NCBI GenBank assembly: GCA_038901755.1
Contig: JBCKPH010000001.1
Location: forward strand, 2,410-66,409
Reading direction: 5' to 3'
DNA: 64,000 nucleotides
DNA from: Burkholderiaceae bacterium
GTDB taxonomy: Bacteria > Pseudomonadota > Gammaproteobacteria > Burkholderiales > Burkholderiaceae_C
Shown here: positions 37,159 through 45,467 of the stretch, in pieces
Numbering within the stretch: the stretch's first letter is position 1
How the letters are laid out: every line of letters begins with the position of its first letter
Program-made: the position numbers and the translations under genes
The notes under the pieces: generated by a model
Database searches by the model: none
What the model saw: the letters and a program-made list of their open reading frames with translations, nothing else
What the model was told of the DNA's origin: nothing

Positions 37159-38453
37159 GCATTGACTCCCGCTACAAGCATCTCACGCGGGTCACACACC
37201 CGCCCGGCCACCGCAGACGCCGCCACGGTGTAGGGCGAGGCCAGATAGACCTCGGTGGTGGCCGAGCCCATGCGGCCCTTGAAATTGCGCGCGGTGCTGG
37301 AAATCACGGCTTTGGCGTCGGCAAGCGCATCGCCAAAACCTGCGCAGGCGCCACAGGCCGTGGCCCCAATCTCCGCGCCTGCGTCGCGGAACACCTGCAT
37401 CACGCCCTCAGCTTCGGCCACTGCCTGGTCATGCTGGCTGGCCGGGGCAACAATGAGCCGTACACCTGTAGCGGCTTTGCGCCCCTTCAACACGCATGCC
37501 GCGGCGCGCAGGTCGTCGAGCTTGGCACCCGTACAGGCACCAATGTAGGCCACGTCGATGCGTGTGCCTGCAAAGTGGCCCACGTCACGCGTGTTGGCCG
37601 GGCTGTGCGGCGCCGCCACCTGCGGTGCCAAAGTGCTGGCGTCGAAGAGGTGACGGGTCATCGCAGCGCCTTCGTCGCTGCACCAGTGCGTGCAGTCGCC
37701 GAAAGAGGCACCGGTACCGGTAGCGCGCAGCCAGTCCAAGGTGGTCTGGTCAGGCGCTATCAGGCCGACCTGCGCGCCCAGCTCGGCGCTCATGTTGGAC
37801 AGCGTCATGCGTTCCTGCATGGGCAAAGCCTGAACCGCAGAGCCAGCGAACTCGACCGCCTGGTACTGGCCGCCGTTCATTCCAAAACGGCCAATCATGT
37901 GCAGCATCATGTCCTTGGCGCTGACGCCAGCGGGAAGGAGCCCCTCCCAGGCCATCTGGATCGTCTGCGGCACACGCAGCCAGATTTCACCGGTCACCAC
38001 CACGCTTAGCATCTCGGTGCTGCCGATACCAAACATGTAGGCACCGAAAGCTCCACCCGTGGGCGAATGCGAATCGCCTCCGACACAGAACATGCCCGGG
38101 CGGATGTGGCCATGCTGCGCCACCACCACATGGCAGATCCCTTGGCTGTCATACACATGGGGCAAGTCCTGTTCCCGCGCCCAGTCGCGGGCAATACGAA
38201 CAATCTCGCGTGACTCGTCATCGCGCTCCGGCACGTAGTGATCCATCACCAGCACAACGCGCGACTTGTCCCAGATCTGCGCGCCCAGCTCTTCAAGCAT
38301 GGGCTTGAGCCGACGCGGGCCGGACGAGTCGTGAAACATCGCCAGGTCAACCTTGCAGGTGACGATCTCACCGGGCATGACAGCCTCCCGGCCAGCCGCA
38401 CGTGCGATCAGCTTCTGCGCCAGGGTACGGTCAGGGCGAGGGGTCGGGATCAT
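37155..38453 (-). CDS. Aconitase-superfamily large subunit (LeuC/homoaconitase-like)
   Basis: GGDSHSPTGGAFGA, plus Cys ligand regions IGACTG and CGACAG. Confidence 0.85.
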   Translation of the reverse strand: MIPTPRPDRTLAQKLIARAAGREAVMPGEIVTCKVDLAMFHDSSGPRRLKPMLEELGAQIWDKSRVVLVMDHYVPERDDESREIVRIARDWAREQDLPHVYDSQGICHVVVAQHGHIRPGMFCVGGDSHSPTGGAFGAYMFGIGSTEMLSVVVTGEIWLRVPQTIQMAWEGLLPAGVSAKDMMLHMIGRFGMNGGQYQAVEFAGSAVQALPMQERMTLSNMSAELGAQVGLIAPDQTTLDWLRATGTGASFGDCTHWCSDEGAAMTRHLFDASTLAPQVAAPHSPANTRDVGHFAGTRIDVAYIGACTGAKLDDLRAAACVLKGRKAATGVRLIVAPASQHDQAVAEAEGVMQVFRDAGAEIGATACGACAGFGDALADAKAVISSTARNFKGRMGSATTEVYLASPYTVAASAVAGRVCDPREMLVAGVNA

Positions 38454-39289
38454 ATGCTTGCCCTCCGGTTGCCACGAAGCGGGTCCGGGCGACTGGCAGC
38501 CGACAGGTTTTCCTTGACCGAGATCTTCGCGTCGATGCTGCCCACCTTGGACACTTCCATCTGGTATTGGTAGCGGTCAGGACGGTACAGGCCATGCAAC
38601 CATTGCACCGGACGGTCATTGACGTCGAACACCAGCCGGCGCACCGCGAGCAGTGCCGTGCCGACGGGCACCGCCAGCTGCGTCGCCACCGCGGCATCGG
38701 CCTGGCGCGCCGATACCGTTTGCCGCGCCCAGCCCAACTCGACGCCCGACTCCTCGAGCAGGCGCAGGATCGGCTTGTCCGCAAGTTCCCGGCGGCTGAA
38801 GCGTCCCGCCAGATCCTCGGGCAGGTAGGCGGTGATGTGCGACAGCGGGCCTTCCCTCAGCGCGCGCCGGCGCACCACCTTGACGACGCGCGAGCCGGGT
38901 GGCACCTGCAACGCTTCGGTCACATCGTCGGATGCCCGGATGACCTTGCATTCAAGCACCCGCACCGTGGTGTGCATGCTCATGCTGATGATGTTCTGCA
39001 ACAGGCCGGTCAGACGCGATGGCGCCGCCTTGCGGCGCGAGGCGGCGGAATCGGGCGCTGGGCCGCGCACTTCTCGCATCGGCCGGGTGCCGCGGCCGGC
39101 CTCGCGCACGATCAGGCCCTCACCGGCGAGCTGCTCCAGCGCCCTGCGCACGGTAACACGGCCGGCGCTGAACTGCCGGCTCAGCGCCGTCTCGGCCGGC
39201 ATGCCCTCGGCATAGTGCCCTTCATGCAGCTGCTCGCGCAACACCAGGTAGATCTGGTGGTACTTGGGCAGGGGGAGCGCGGCATTCAT
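38450..39289 (-). CDS. GntR-family regulator with UTRA effector domain
   Basis: Winged HTH LPKYHQIYLVLREQL...LSRQFSAGRVTVRRALEQLAGEGLIVREAGRGT. Trimmed to the ATG at 39289. Confidence 0.85.
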   Translation of the reverse strand: MNAALPLPKYHQIYLVLREQLHEGHYAEGMPAETALSRQFSAGRVTVRRALEQLAGEGLIVREAGRGTRPMREVRGPAPDSAASRRKAAPSRLTGLLQNIISMSMHTTVRVLECKVIRASDDVTEALQVPPGSRVVKVVRRRALREGPLSHITAYLPEDLAGRFSRRELADKPILRLLEESGVELGWARQTVSARQADAAVATQLAVPVGTALLAVRRLVFDVNDRPVQWLHGLYRPDRYQYQMEVSKVGSIDAKISVKENLSAASRPDPLRGNRRASI

Positions 39290-39299
39290 GTGGACAGCT

Positions 39300-39746
39300 T
39301 TAATGAATGGTGGCCGCGCCACCGACCTCTAAGGTCTCGACGGCAAACAGGTCCTGCAGCGGCGCGTCCCGCAGCACGTGGTACAGCACGAAACGGTAGG
39401 CTTCTCTGGCGTCGAGTTCGCTGGGCGTGAACGCAAAGGCCAGATTGCCCGCCGTCGACACCCGGCCCGGGTAGGCATGATGCAACAGGTTTTGCTTGAA
39501 CACGCCCGCCGCCGTGCGCGCCAGCTCGGCCGTGTCGGCGATGCCGGCGATCAGCACATCGGGCTGCGTGGCCAGCGCGCGCGCCAGGGTCTCGCTGCCG
39601 CATTGCCCGACGATGTGGCGGCAACCGAGCAAGTCAGCTTCAGAGGGCTCGGCCATGGCTCCGATCGGACTCAGCTTCATAAGCTGCGCTGGACCCGCAT
39701 TCTTGCTGCGGATCACATGGGCCAGAGAGCTCAGCGGTATGTTCAT
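39300..39746 (-). CDS. Hypothetical protein; only the first about 22 residues resemble DUF4387 (possible fusion of gene fragments)
   Basis: MNIPLSSLAHVIRSKNAGPAQL resembles the conserved N-terminus of DUF4387 (AtuA-associated) proteins. I cannot assign the remaining about 125 aa to a family. Confidence 0.3.
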   Translation of the reverse strand: MNIPLSSLAHVIRSKNAGPAQLMKLSPIGAMAEPSEADLLGCRHIVGQCGSETLARALATQPDVLIAGIADTAELARTAAGVFKQNLLHHAYPGRVSTAGNLAFAFTPSELDAREAYRFVLYHVLRDAPLQDLFAVETLEVGGAATIH

Positions 39747-39892
39747 CGGAATGGCTTCAAGCATGTCTGCTGGACAGCCTCTGCGATGCGCGCGCCGTGC
39801 CAATGCAGCACCCGTGCCGTGGCCAGGCCGATGCCCGCGCCCGCGCCCGTGACCAGCGCATGCCGGCCGCTCATTTCGGACAGAGGGTTCAT
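39743..39892 (-). pseudogene. SDR N-terminal fragment (49 codons)
   Basis: MNPLSEMSGRHALVTGAGAGIGLATARVLHWHGARI, then unrelated sequence and a stop. Nothing beyond the Rossmann start is present. Confidence 0.55.
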
Positions 39893-39895
39893 CGG

Positions 39896-40597
39896 TCAGA
39901 GGCCCAGATAGTTCTTCCTCAGGTCGGGATCGCGCGCCAGCTCGGCGGCCGTTCCCTGCATCGCGACCGAGCCGTTCTCGATGATGTAGCCCCGATGCGC
40001 GATCGCCAGCGACTGCACCGCGTTCTGCTCCATCAGCAGGATCGACAGGCCCTCCCGGTTGATCGTCCTGATCAGCGCGAACATCTCCTCGACCAAAATC
40101 GGCGAGAGCCCGAGCGATGGCTCGTCCATGATCAGCAGCTCGGGGTCCGACATCAGGCCGCGCCCGATCGCCAGCATCTGCTGCTCGCCCCCGGACAGAG
40201 TGCCGGCCGACTGCGCATAGCGCTCCTCGAGCCGCGGAAAAATGCCGATCACGCGTGCCATGTTGCGCGCGCGGTTGGCCTTGCCCCGCACCAGGCTGCC
40301 CAGCTCCAGGTTCTCGCGCACGTTCAAATTGGGGAAGATGCGACGACCCTCGGGCACGTGAATCAGACCGCGGCGCACAACCTCGGTCGAACTCAGCCCG
40401 ACCAGGTTCTCGCCATTGAAGCGGATCGATCCCGAGAACGGACGGTACAGGGCTGAGAGGTTGTTGTTCAGCGTCGACTTGCCAACACCGTTGCTGCCGA
40501 GCACCGCAACGACCTCGCCCTGGCCCACATCCAGGTCGATCCCGCGCAGGATCTCGACGCTGCCGTATCCCGCGTGCAGTTTGCGCACTTCAAGCAT
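39896..40597 (-). CDS. livF: Branched-chain amino acid-type ABC transporter ATPase (LivF-like)
   Basis: Walker A GSNGVGKST, signature LSGGEQQML. Confidence 0.85.
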   Translation of the reverse strand: MLEVRKLHAGYGSVEILRGIDLDVGQGEVVAVLGSNGVGKSTLNNNLSALYRPFSGSIRFNGENLVGLSSTEVVRRGLIHVPEGRRIFPNLNVRENLELGSLVRGKANRARNMARVIGIFPRLEERYAQSAGTLSGGEQQMLAIGRGLMSDPELLIMDEPSLGLSPILVEEMFALIRTINREGLSILLMEQNAVQSLAIAHRGYIIENGSVAMQGTAAELARDPDLRKNYLGL

Positions 40598-41345
40598 GGA
40601 GGGCTCGCGCCGGCGCCCCGCTGCCCTGCGCTGTCGCGCCGCGTCCCAGATAGGCCTCGATCACGGCGGCGTTGACGACCACCTCCTGCGGCGTGCCCTG
40701 GGCGATGATCTTGCCGTAGGACAGCACATGGATGTGGTCGGACAGGCTCATCACCGCGTGCATCACATGCTCGATCAGCAGCACGGTCACGCCGCCGTCG
40801 CGGATCTTGCGGATGATGTCGATGATCTCCAGGATTTCCGACGGGTTCAGGCCCGCCATCACCTCGTCGAGCAGCAACAGCCTGGGCGAGGTCGCCAGCG
40901 CGCGGGCCAGTTCCAGGCGCTTGCGTCCTGCCACGGTCAGGCTGGCCGCCGGCTGCTCCAGCAGGTGTTCCATGCCAACCTGCCGCGCCACCGCCTGTGC
41001 ATGCGCCCAGGCCTCTTGCTGGCGGGCGAACTTCTGGTAGGCGCCGACAGCGATGTTTTCCTGGACCGTGAGATGGGCAAAGGGTTGCGTGATCTGGAAC
41101 GTGCGCACCATGCCGCGACGGGCGATCCGGTGCACCGGCAGGCCGGTGATGTCCTCGCCCAGAAACCTGACCGTTCCCGCGTCGATCGGCAGGAAGCCGG
41201 TGATCGAGGCGAACAAGGTCGTCTTGCCGGCGCCATTGGGCCCGATCAACGCGACGATGCGGCCCTCGTCGACCGACAGGCTGGCGTCGTCGACCGCGCG
41301 CAAGCCGCCGAAGATCTTGGTCAGGCCGCTGACCTGCAGCATCAT
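40590..41345 (-). CDS. livG: ABC transporter ATPase (LivG-like)
   Basis: [11 protein letters not shown]. Trimmed from 41777 to the ATG at 41345, which forms an ATGA overlap. Confidence 0.85.
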   Translation of the reverse strand: MMLQVSGLTKIFGGLRAVDDASLSVDEGRIVALIGPNGAGKTTLFASITGFLPIDAGTVRFLGEDITGLPVHRIARRGMVRTFQITQPFAHLTVQENIAVGAYQKFARQQEAWAHAQAVARQVGMEHLLEQPAASLTVAGRKRLELARALATSPRLLLLDEVMAGLNPSEILEIIDIIRKIRDGGVTVLLIEHVMHAVMSLSDHIHVLSYGKIIAQGTPQEVVVNAAVIEAYLGRGATAQGSGAPARALHA

Positions 41346-42313
41346 GAGCCGTCGCTCCCGGGTTTGCGCCGGCGCTTGAAGAGATCGACCAGTCCGTTGG
41401 GCAGGAAGGCGATGATGATCACCAGCAGGGCGCCGTAGAGCACCAGAGACAGGCCCTGAATCTGCGTCATCGTCCGGGTGACGTCGCTGACCAGCGCCAG
41501 CAGTACCGAACCGATCAGCGGCCCGTACACGGTGCCCGAGCCGCCGATCATGCTGACCAGCAGCATCTCGACCGACTTGTCCACGCCGAACACGATGGTC
41601 GGGTCGATGTAGAGGAAATATTGCGCGAAGAAGCTGCCGCCCACGCCGCACAGCCCGCCCGACAGCAGCATCACCTTGACCTTCTCGGCAAAGACGTTGA
41701 TGCCCAGGGCCTTGGCCGCGTCCTCGTTCTCGCGGATCGCCGCCAGGCGCGCGCCGAAGCGCGAGCGGCGCAGCCATTCGGCCAGCGCAATCGACAGAAT
41801 GGTGAGCGCCAGGACGGTGAAGTAGAAGCCGCTGCGTTCCTCGAACTGGAAGTTCGCCGCGCTCGCCTTCATCGGAATCAGCATGCCCAGACCACCGCGT
41901 GTGATCTCGAGGGAATTGGCGATGATGCGCAGCACCTCGGCAAAAGCCAGGGTGATCAGCGCGAAATAGGAACCCTTCAGCCCCGCGCGAAACGACAGCA
42001 CGGCGATGATGCCGCCCACCGCGGCACCCGCCAGCGCCGCGGCCGGCAGGCCGAACCAGGGCGAGAAGCCGTAGCGCAACTGCAGGATGGTCGAGGCATA
42101 GGCGCCGACGCCAAAGAACGCCACATGGCCGAAGGACAGTTGCCCGGCAAAACCGCCCGAAATGTTCCAGGACTGTCCGATGAACGCGTAGAACAGGGCC
42201 AGCACGCCGAAGTTCACGAGGAAGGGGGAGCTGAAGACGAACGGAAACGCAAGTGCCAGCGCCAGCACCAGCAGGTGCAGCTTCCAGGGAATGGGTGGCG
42301 GCCGGCGCGTCAT
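41342..42313 (-). CDS. livM: ABC transporter permease (LivM-like)
   Basis: Polytopic membrane protein of the branched-chain amino acid permease family. Confidence 0.85.
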   Translation of the reverse strand: MTRRPPPIPWKLHLLVLALALAFPFVFSSPFLVNFGVLALFYAFIGQSWNISGGFAGQLSFGHVAFFGVGAYASTILQLRYGFSPWFGLPAAALAGAAVGGIIAVLSFRAGLKGSYFALITLAFAEVLRIIANSLEITRGGLGMLIPMKASAANFQFEERSGFYFTVLALTILSIALAEWLRRSRFGARLAAIRENEDAAKALGINVFAEKVKVMLLSGGLCGVGGSFFAQYFLYIDPTIVFGVDKSVEMLLVSMIGGSGTVYGPLIGSVLLALVSDVTRTMTQIQGLSLVLYGALLVIIIAFLPNGLVDLFKRRRKPGSDGS

Positions 42314-43179
42314 GCCCGCGCCCCGAAAAGCCCCGAGGGACGCAGCAGCAGGATCAGGATGAAGATCAGGGAAATGCCGATCTGGCCGAGGCTCTCACCG
42401 AGAAAGAGTCCGCCAAAGGATTCGGTCAAGCCGACGATCAGGCCGCCCACCACGGCACCGAGAAAACTGCCCATGCCACCCAGCACCACGACCGTGAAGG
42501 CCACCAGCACAAAGACATGGCCGATGGTGGGCGAGACGTAGAAGATCGGCATCAACAAACAGGCGGCCGCGCCCAGGGTGGCCAGTCCGATGCCGTAGGA
42601 GATGGCGAAGATGCGTTCGACGTCGATGCCGACCAGGCGGGCGCCGATCCGTTCCTTGGCCACGGCGCGGATGGAGCGACCGATGTCGGTGCGCTGCATG
42701 AAGAGTCCCAGCGCCAGGCAAAGCGCCATCGCAACCACAAAGGAAATCAGCTTGGGCAGCGGCACCAGGGTGGGACCGAGTTCGACCATGCGATCCGAAT
42801 AGGCCACCGAGATGGTTCGCGAGTCTCCCTTGAAGAACATCAGGGCCAGGTTCTCGATCAGGATCGAAAGCCCCAGCGTGATGAGCAGGATGTTCTCGTC
42901 CTTGCCACCGGCCAGCCGGCCGATCAGGCCCTTGTACAGCGCATAGCCCAGCAGGTACATCGCCGGGATCATGATGAACATCGACAGGTAGGGATCGACC
43001 TTGAGCAGGGTCAAGAGGTAGTACACGCCGAACATGGCGAGCATGAGCATGCTGCCGTGGGCGAAGTTGATGATGTGCAGCACGCCATAGATCAGGGTCA
43101 GCCCCGAGGCCACCAGCGTGTAGATGCCGCCAAGCAGCAGGCCGTTGATGGCCGCCGAGGCGAGAATGGTCAGATCCAA
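42310..43179 (-). CDS. livH: ABC transporter permease (LivH-like)
   Basis: Polytopic membrane protein. Start MDLTILASAAINGLLLGGIYTLVA. Confidence 0.85.
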   Translation of the reverse strand: MDLTILASAAINGLLLGGIYTLVASGLTLIYGVLHIINFAHGSMLMLAMFGVYYLLTLLKVDPYLSMFIMIPAMYLLGYALYKGLIGRLAGGKDENILLITLGLSILIENLALMFFKGDSRTISVAYSDRMVELGPTLVPLPKLISFVVAMALCLALGLFMQRTDIGRSIRAVAKERIGARLVGIDVERIFAISYGIGLATLGAAACLLMPIFYVSPTIGHVFVLVAFTVVVLGGMGSFLGAVVGGLIVGLTESFGGLFLGESLGQIGISLIFILILLLRPSGLFGARA

Positions 43180-43195
43180 GGCTTTCCCCTTGTGA

Positions 43196-43234
43196 GGGCC
43201 CAGGCGTCAGGCAGCATGCCAGACGCCTGGGCCC
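43196..43234 (-). other. Intercistronic stem-loop (13-bp perfect GC-rich stem, 13-nt loop)
   Basis: GGGCCCAGGCGTC-aggcagcatgcca-GACGCCTGGGCCC, in the 79-bp gap between the binding-protein gene and livH. Confidence 0.6.
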
Positions 43235-43258
43235 TCGGCCAGCGAGCGACAGTGAGGG

Positions 43259-44476
43259 TTAGCTGAACTTCGTGCGCGGGTAGGTCGGTTTGGCGGCGGC
43301 AAATTCGTTGGGCCAGACCACATCGATGTCGGTCTTCGAGGCCTGCAACAGGGCGGCCCGCCCACCCTGGTTCTGCCCGTCGACGAACTTGGTCGGTCCG
43401 TAGGGAAGGATGTGATCGGACCAGGTGCTGGCCGCCAGTGCGGCGATGACCTTTTCCTTGTCGGCGCTGCCGGCCCGCTGCAGGGCATCGGCGTATAGCA
43501 TGATGCTGGTGTAGGAGAGGTAGACCTCGAAGGTGAAGAGACCGCCTCCGGCCTCCACTCGCTTGCGCATGGCGACCGCCTTGGCGCTCTTGGGGTTGTA
43601 CCAGTGGTTGAAGTCCATCATGTGCTGCGCCACCTCGGGCTGCTCCTGAACCAGCTTGAAGTTGAAGCCGCCGCCAAGCACGCTGAACATGGCCGCCACG
43701 TCGACCTTTTGCTGGTGCAGGGTTCGGGCCAGCAGCACGTACTCGTTCTGGTAATTGCTCATGATCACCAGATCGGGCTTGAGGCCTTTGATGCGCAGCG
43801 CCACGTTGGAAAAATCGCGCGTCGGGTTGGCGTGCTTGATGGTCTCCAGGGGCTGGATGCCGATGCTCGGCAACTTGTCCCCCAGCAACTTGGCCGTTCC
43901 GGTGCCGAACTCCGATTCCTCATGAACCAGCACCGCCGTCTTGGCGACGCCGTTCGCGGACTTGTTGATCTCACCCAGGGCCAGAATGGCGTCGTCGACG
44001 CATTTCCCGAATCCGGGCTTGAGACGGAACACATTCTTCAGTCCCCGGTTCACGATCAGGTCGGACGCACCGACGTCGATCAGGAACGGCGTGTTGTACT
44101 TGGCGGCGGCCTGCGTCGCGGGAAGGGCGATGCCGCTGGCGAAACAACCCAGGTAGGCTGAGACGCCTTCTTGCTGCATGCGCTCAACCTCGCTCACACC
44201 GATCTCGGGACGCGACTGGGAGTCTCCCAGCAGGGCGTCCAGTTTGGCTCCGCCCATGGACCTGATACCGCCCGCCGCATTGACCTCGTCAATGGCCATG
44301 CGCGCGCCCATGCGCGACTGCCCACCGCTGTAGGCCAGTCCGCCGCTGACCGGATGTACCAGGCCGATCTTGACTGCGGCCGGCTGAGCCAGCAGCAGTC
44401 CGGGTGCGCCAAGTGCGGCGCTGGCCGCGCCCGCTTGGAGAATCAAACGGCGAGAAAGACGAATGCTGGATGTCAT
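43259..44476 (-). CDS. ABC transporter substrate-binding protein (LivK/Peripla_BP_6 type)
   Basis: Tat/Sec-like signal SRRLILQAGAASAALGAPGLLLA. Family fold pattern. Confidence 0.85.
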   Translation of the reverse strand: MTSSIRLSRRLILQAGAASAALGAPGLLLAQPAAVKIGLVHPVSGGLAYSGGQSRMGARMAIDEVNAAGGIRSMGGAKLDALLGDSQSRPEIGVSEVERMQQEGVSAYLGCFASGIALPATQAAAKYNTPFLIDVGASDLIVNRGLKNVFRLKPGFGKCVDDAILALGEINKSANGVAKTAVLVHEESEFGTGTAKLLGDKLPSIGIQPLETIKHANPTRDFSNVALRIKGLKPDLVIMSNYQNEYVLLARTLHQQKVDVAAMFSVLGGGFNFKLVQEQPEVAQHMMDFNHWYNPKSAKAVAMRKRVEAGGGLFTFEVYLSYTSIMLYADALQRAGSADKEKVIAALAASTWSDHILPYGPTKFVDGQNQGGRAALLQASKTDIDVVWPNEFAAAKPTYPRTKFS

Positions 44477-44505
44477 GCGGAGTCCTCAGGAAGGTGGAAG
44501 TGACA

Positions 44506-44525
44506 TTGTTCCATCAGTAGAACAA
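44506..44525. promoter_or_regulatory. Inverted repeat TTGTTC-N8-GAACAA in the 5' leader of the liv operon
   Basis: Seen directly. Lies between the predicted -10 box and the binding-protein start codon. Confidence 0.3.
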
Positions 44526-44534
44526 TTGAACTGC

Positions 44535-44563
44535 ACTATGACTGCGTCGCGGCGCTGTGTCAA
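44535..44563 (-). promoter_or_regulatory. Sigma70-like promoter for the liv operon (TTGACA-17 nt-CATAGT on the minus strand)
   Basis: Consensus -35 box with 17-nt spacing, about 60 nt upstream of the ATG at 44476. Confidence 0.4.
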
Positions 44564-44609
44564 CTCGATGCGTGCTTGATGGATGTGCCGACGCAGTTAT
44601 TTTTACCAA

Positions 44610-44646
44610 GCAAGTGCTTGCCAAAAATATGCGGATTTGGTATGGT
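44610..44646 (+). promoter_or_regulatory. Sigma70-like promoter TTGCCA-17 nt-TATGGT, overlapped by inverted repeat GCAAG-TG-CTTGC (possible TetR operator)
   Basis: -35 box at 44618-44623, -10 box at 44641-44646. The inverted repeat at 44610-44621 overlaps the -35 box. Confidence 0.4.
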
Positions 44647-44653
44647 GCGATGC

Positions 44654-45355
44654 ATGAGCCTGTCGCCCGCGCGCGCCGTTCACGCGCTGCGCACCCCCCT
44701 GCCGAGGACCGAGCCTGGCGACCCGACCGGGCTGCCGCGGCCGCGCGGCCGGCCGCGCAAGACGCCTGACGAGCGCGACGACGGAAACCGACGCCTGGCG
44801 CTGGTCGCTTGCGCCGCGCGGCTGTTCCGGCGCAAGGGCTTCGACGCCACCAGCACGCGCGATATCGCCGCCGCCGTGGGCATGCGCAGCGGCTCGCCGT
44901 TCTACCACTTCAAGAGCAAGGGCGCGCTGCTGTACGCGGTGATGGAAGAGGGCATGGGTTCGGCGATCGCGCGCCAGCAAAGCGTCCTGCAGCGGGCGCA
45001 ACAACAGGCACTTGACCCGGCGGGTCAGTTGGCGCTGCTAATCCGCAACCATTTCGACGTGCTGCTCGGTCCGGACAGCGACTTCATTCCGGTCATGTTG
45101 TACGAATCGCGCTCAATCACGGCGCGCCAGCGCAAGCTGCTGGCCAAGCTGAAGGACGAATACGAGGCGTCGTGGACGCCGGTGCTGCAGGCGCTGCACG
45201 CCGCCGGCCGCCTGCGAGCTGAAGTGAAGCTGGCGCGATTGCTGATGTTCGGCGCGCTCAACTGGTCGGTGAAATGGTTCGACCGGAAGAAGGACGCCTC
45301 GCTCGACGAACTGGCCAAGGCGGCGATGGCGTTATTTGTGCAGGTGGGCGCATGA
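44654..45355 (+). CDS. TetR/AcrR-family transcriptional regulator
   Basis: RGRPRKT...RRLALVACAARLFRRKGFDATSTRDIAAAVGMRSGSPFYHFKSKGALL. Start is ambiguous (ATG at 44642 or 44654). 44654 would make the mRNA nearly leaderless given the predicted -10 box. Confidence 0.8.
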   Translation: MSLSPARAVHALRTPLPRTEPGDPTGLPRPRGRPRKTPDERDDGNRRLALVACAARLFRRKGFDATSTRDIAAAVGMRSGSPFYHFKSKGALLYAVMEEGMGSAIARQQSVLQRAQQQALDPAGQLALLIRNHFDVLLGPDSDFIPVMLYESRSITARQRKLLAKLKDEYEASWTPVLQALHAAGRLRAEVKLARLLMFGALNWSVKWFDRKKDASLDELAKAAMALFVQVGA

Positions 45356-45371
45356 GCCACGCGGCGAGGGG

Positions 45372-45390
45372 CCCCATGCCGGGCATGGGG
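45372..45390 (+). other. Perfect 9-1-9 palindrome CCCCATGCC-G-GGCATGGGG after the TetR gene
   Basis: Seen directly. No T-tract follows, so its function (terminator or operator) is open. Confidence 0.35.
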
Positions 45391-45467
45391 ATCGACGCCA
45401 AGGCGAATGGCGCTAGGACGCCGACGCCCGGGCGCGGGCTGATCCACCAAATTTCGGAGGTGGCCCA

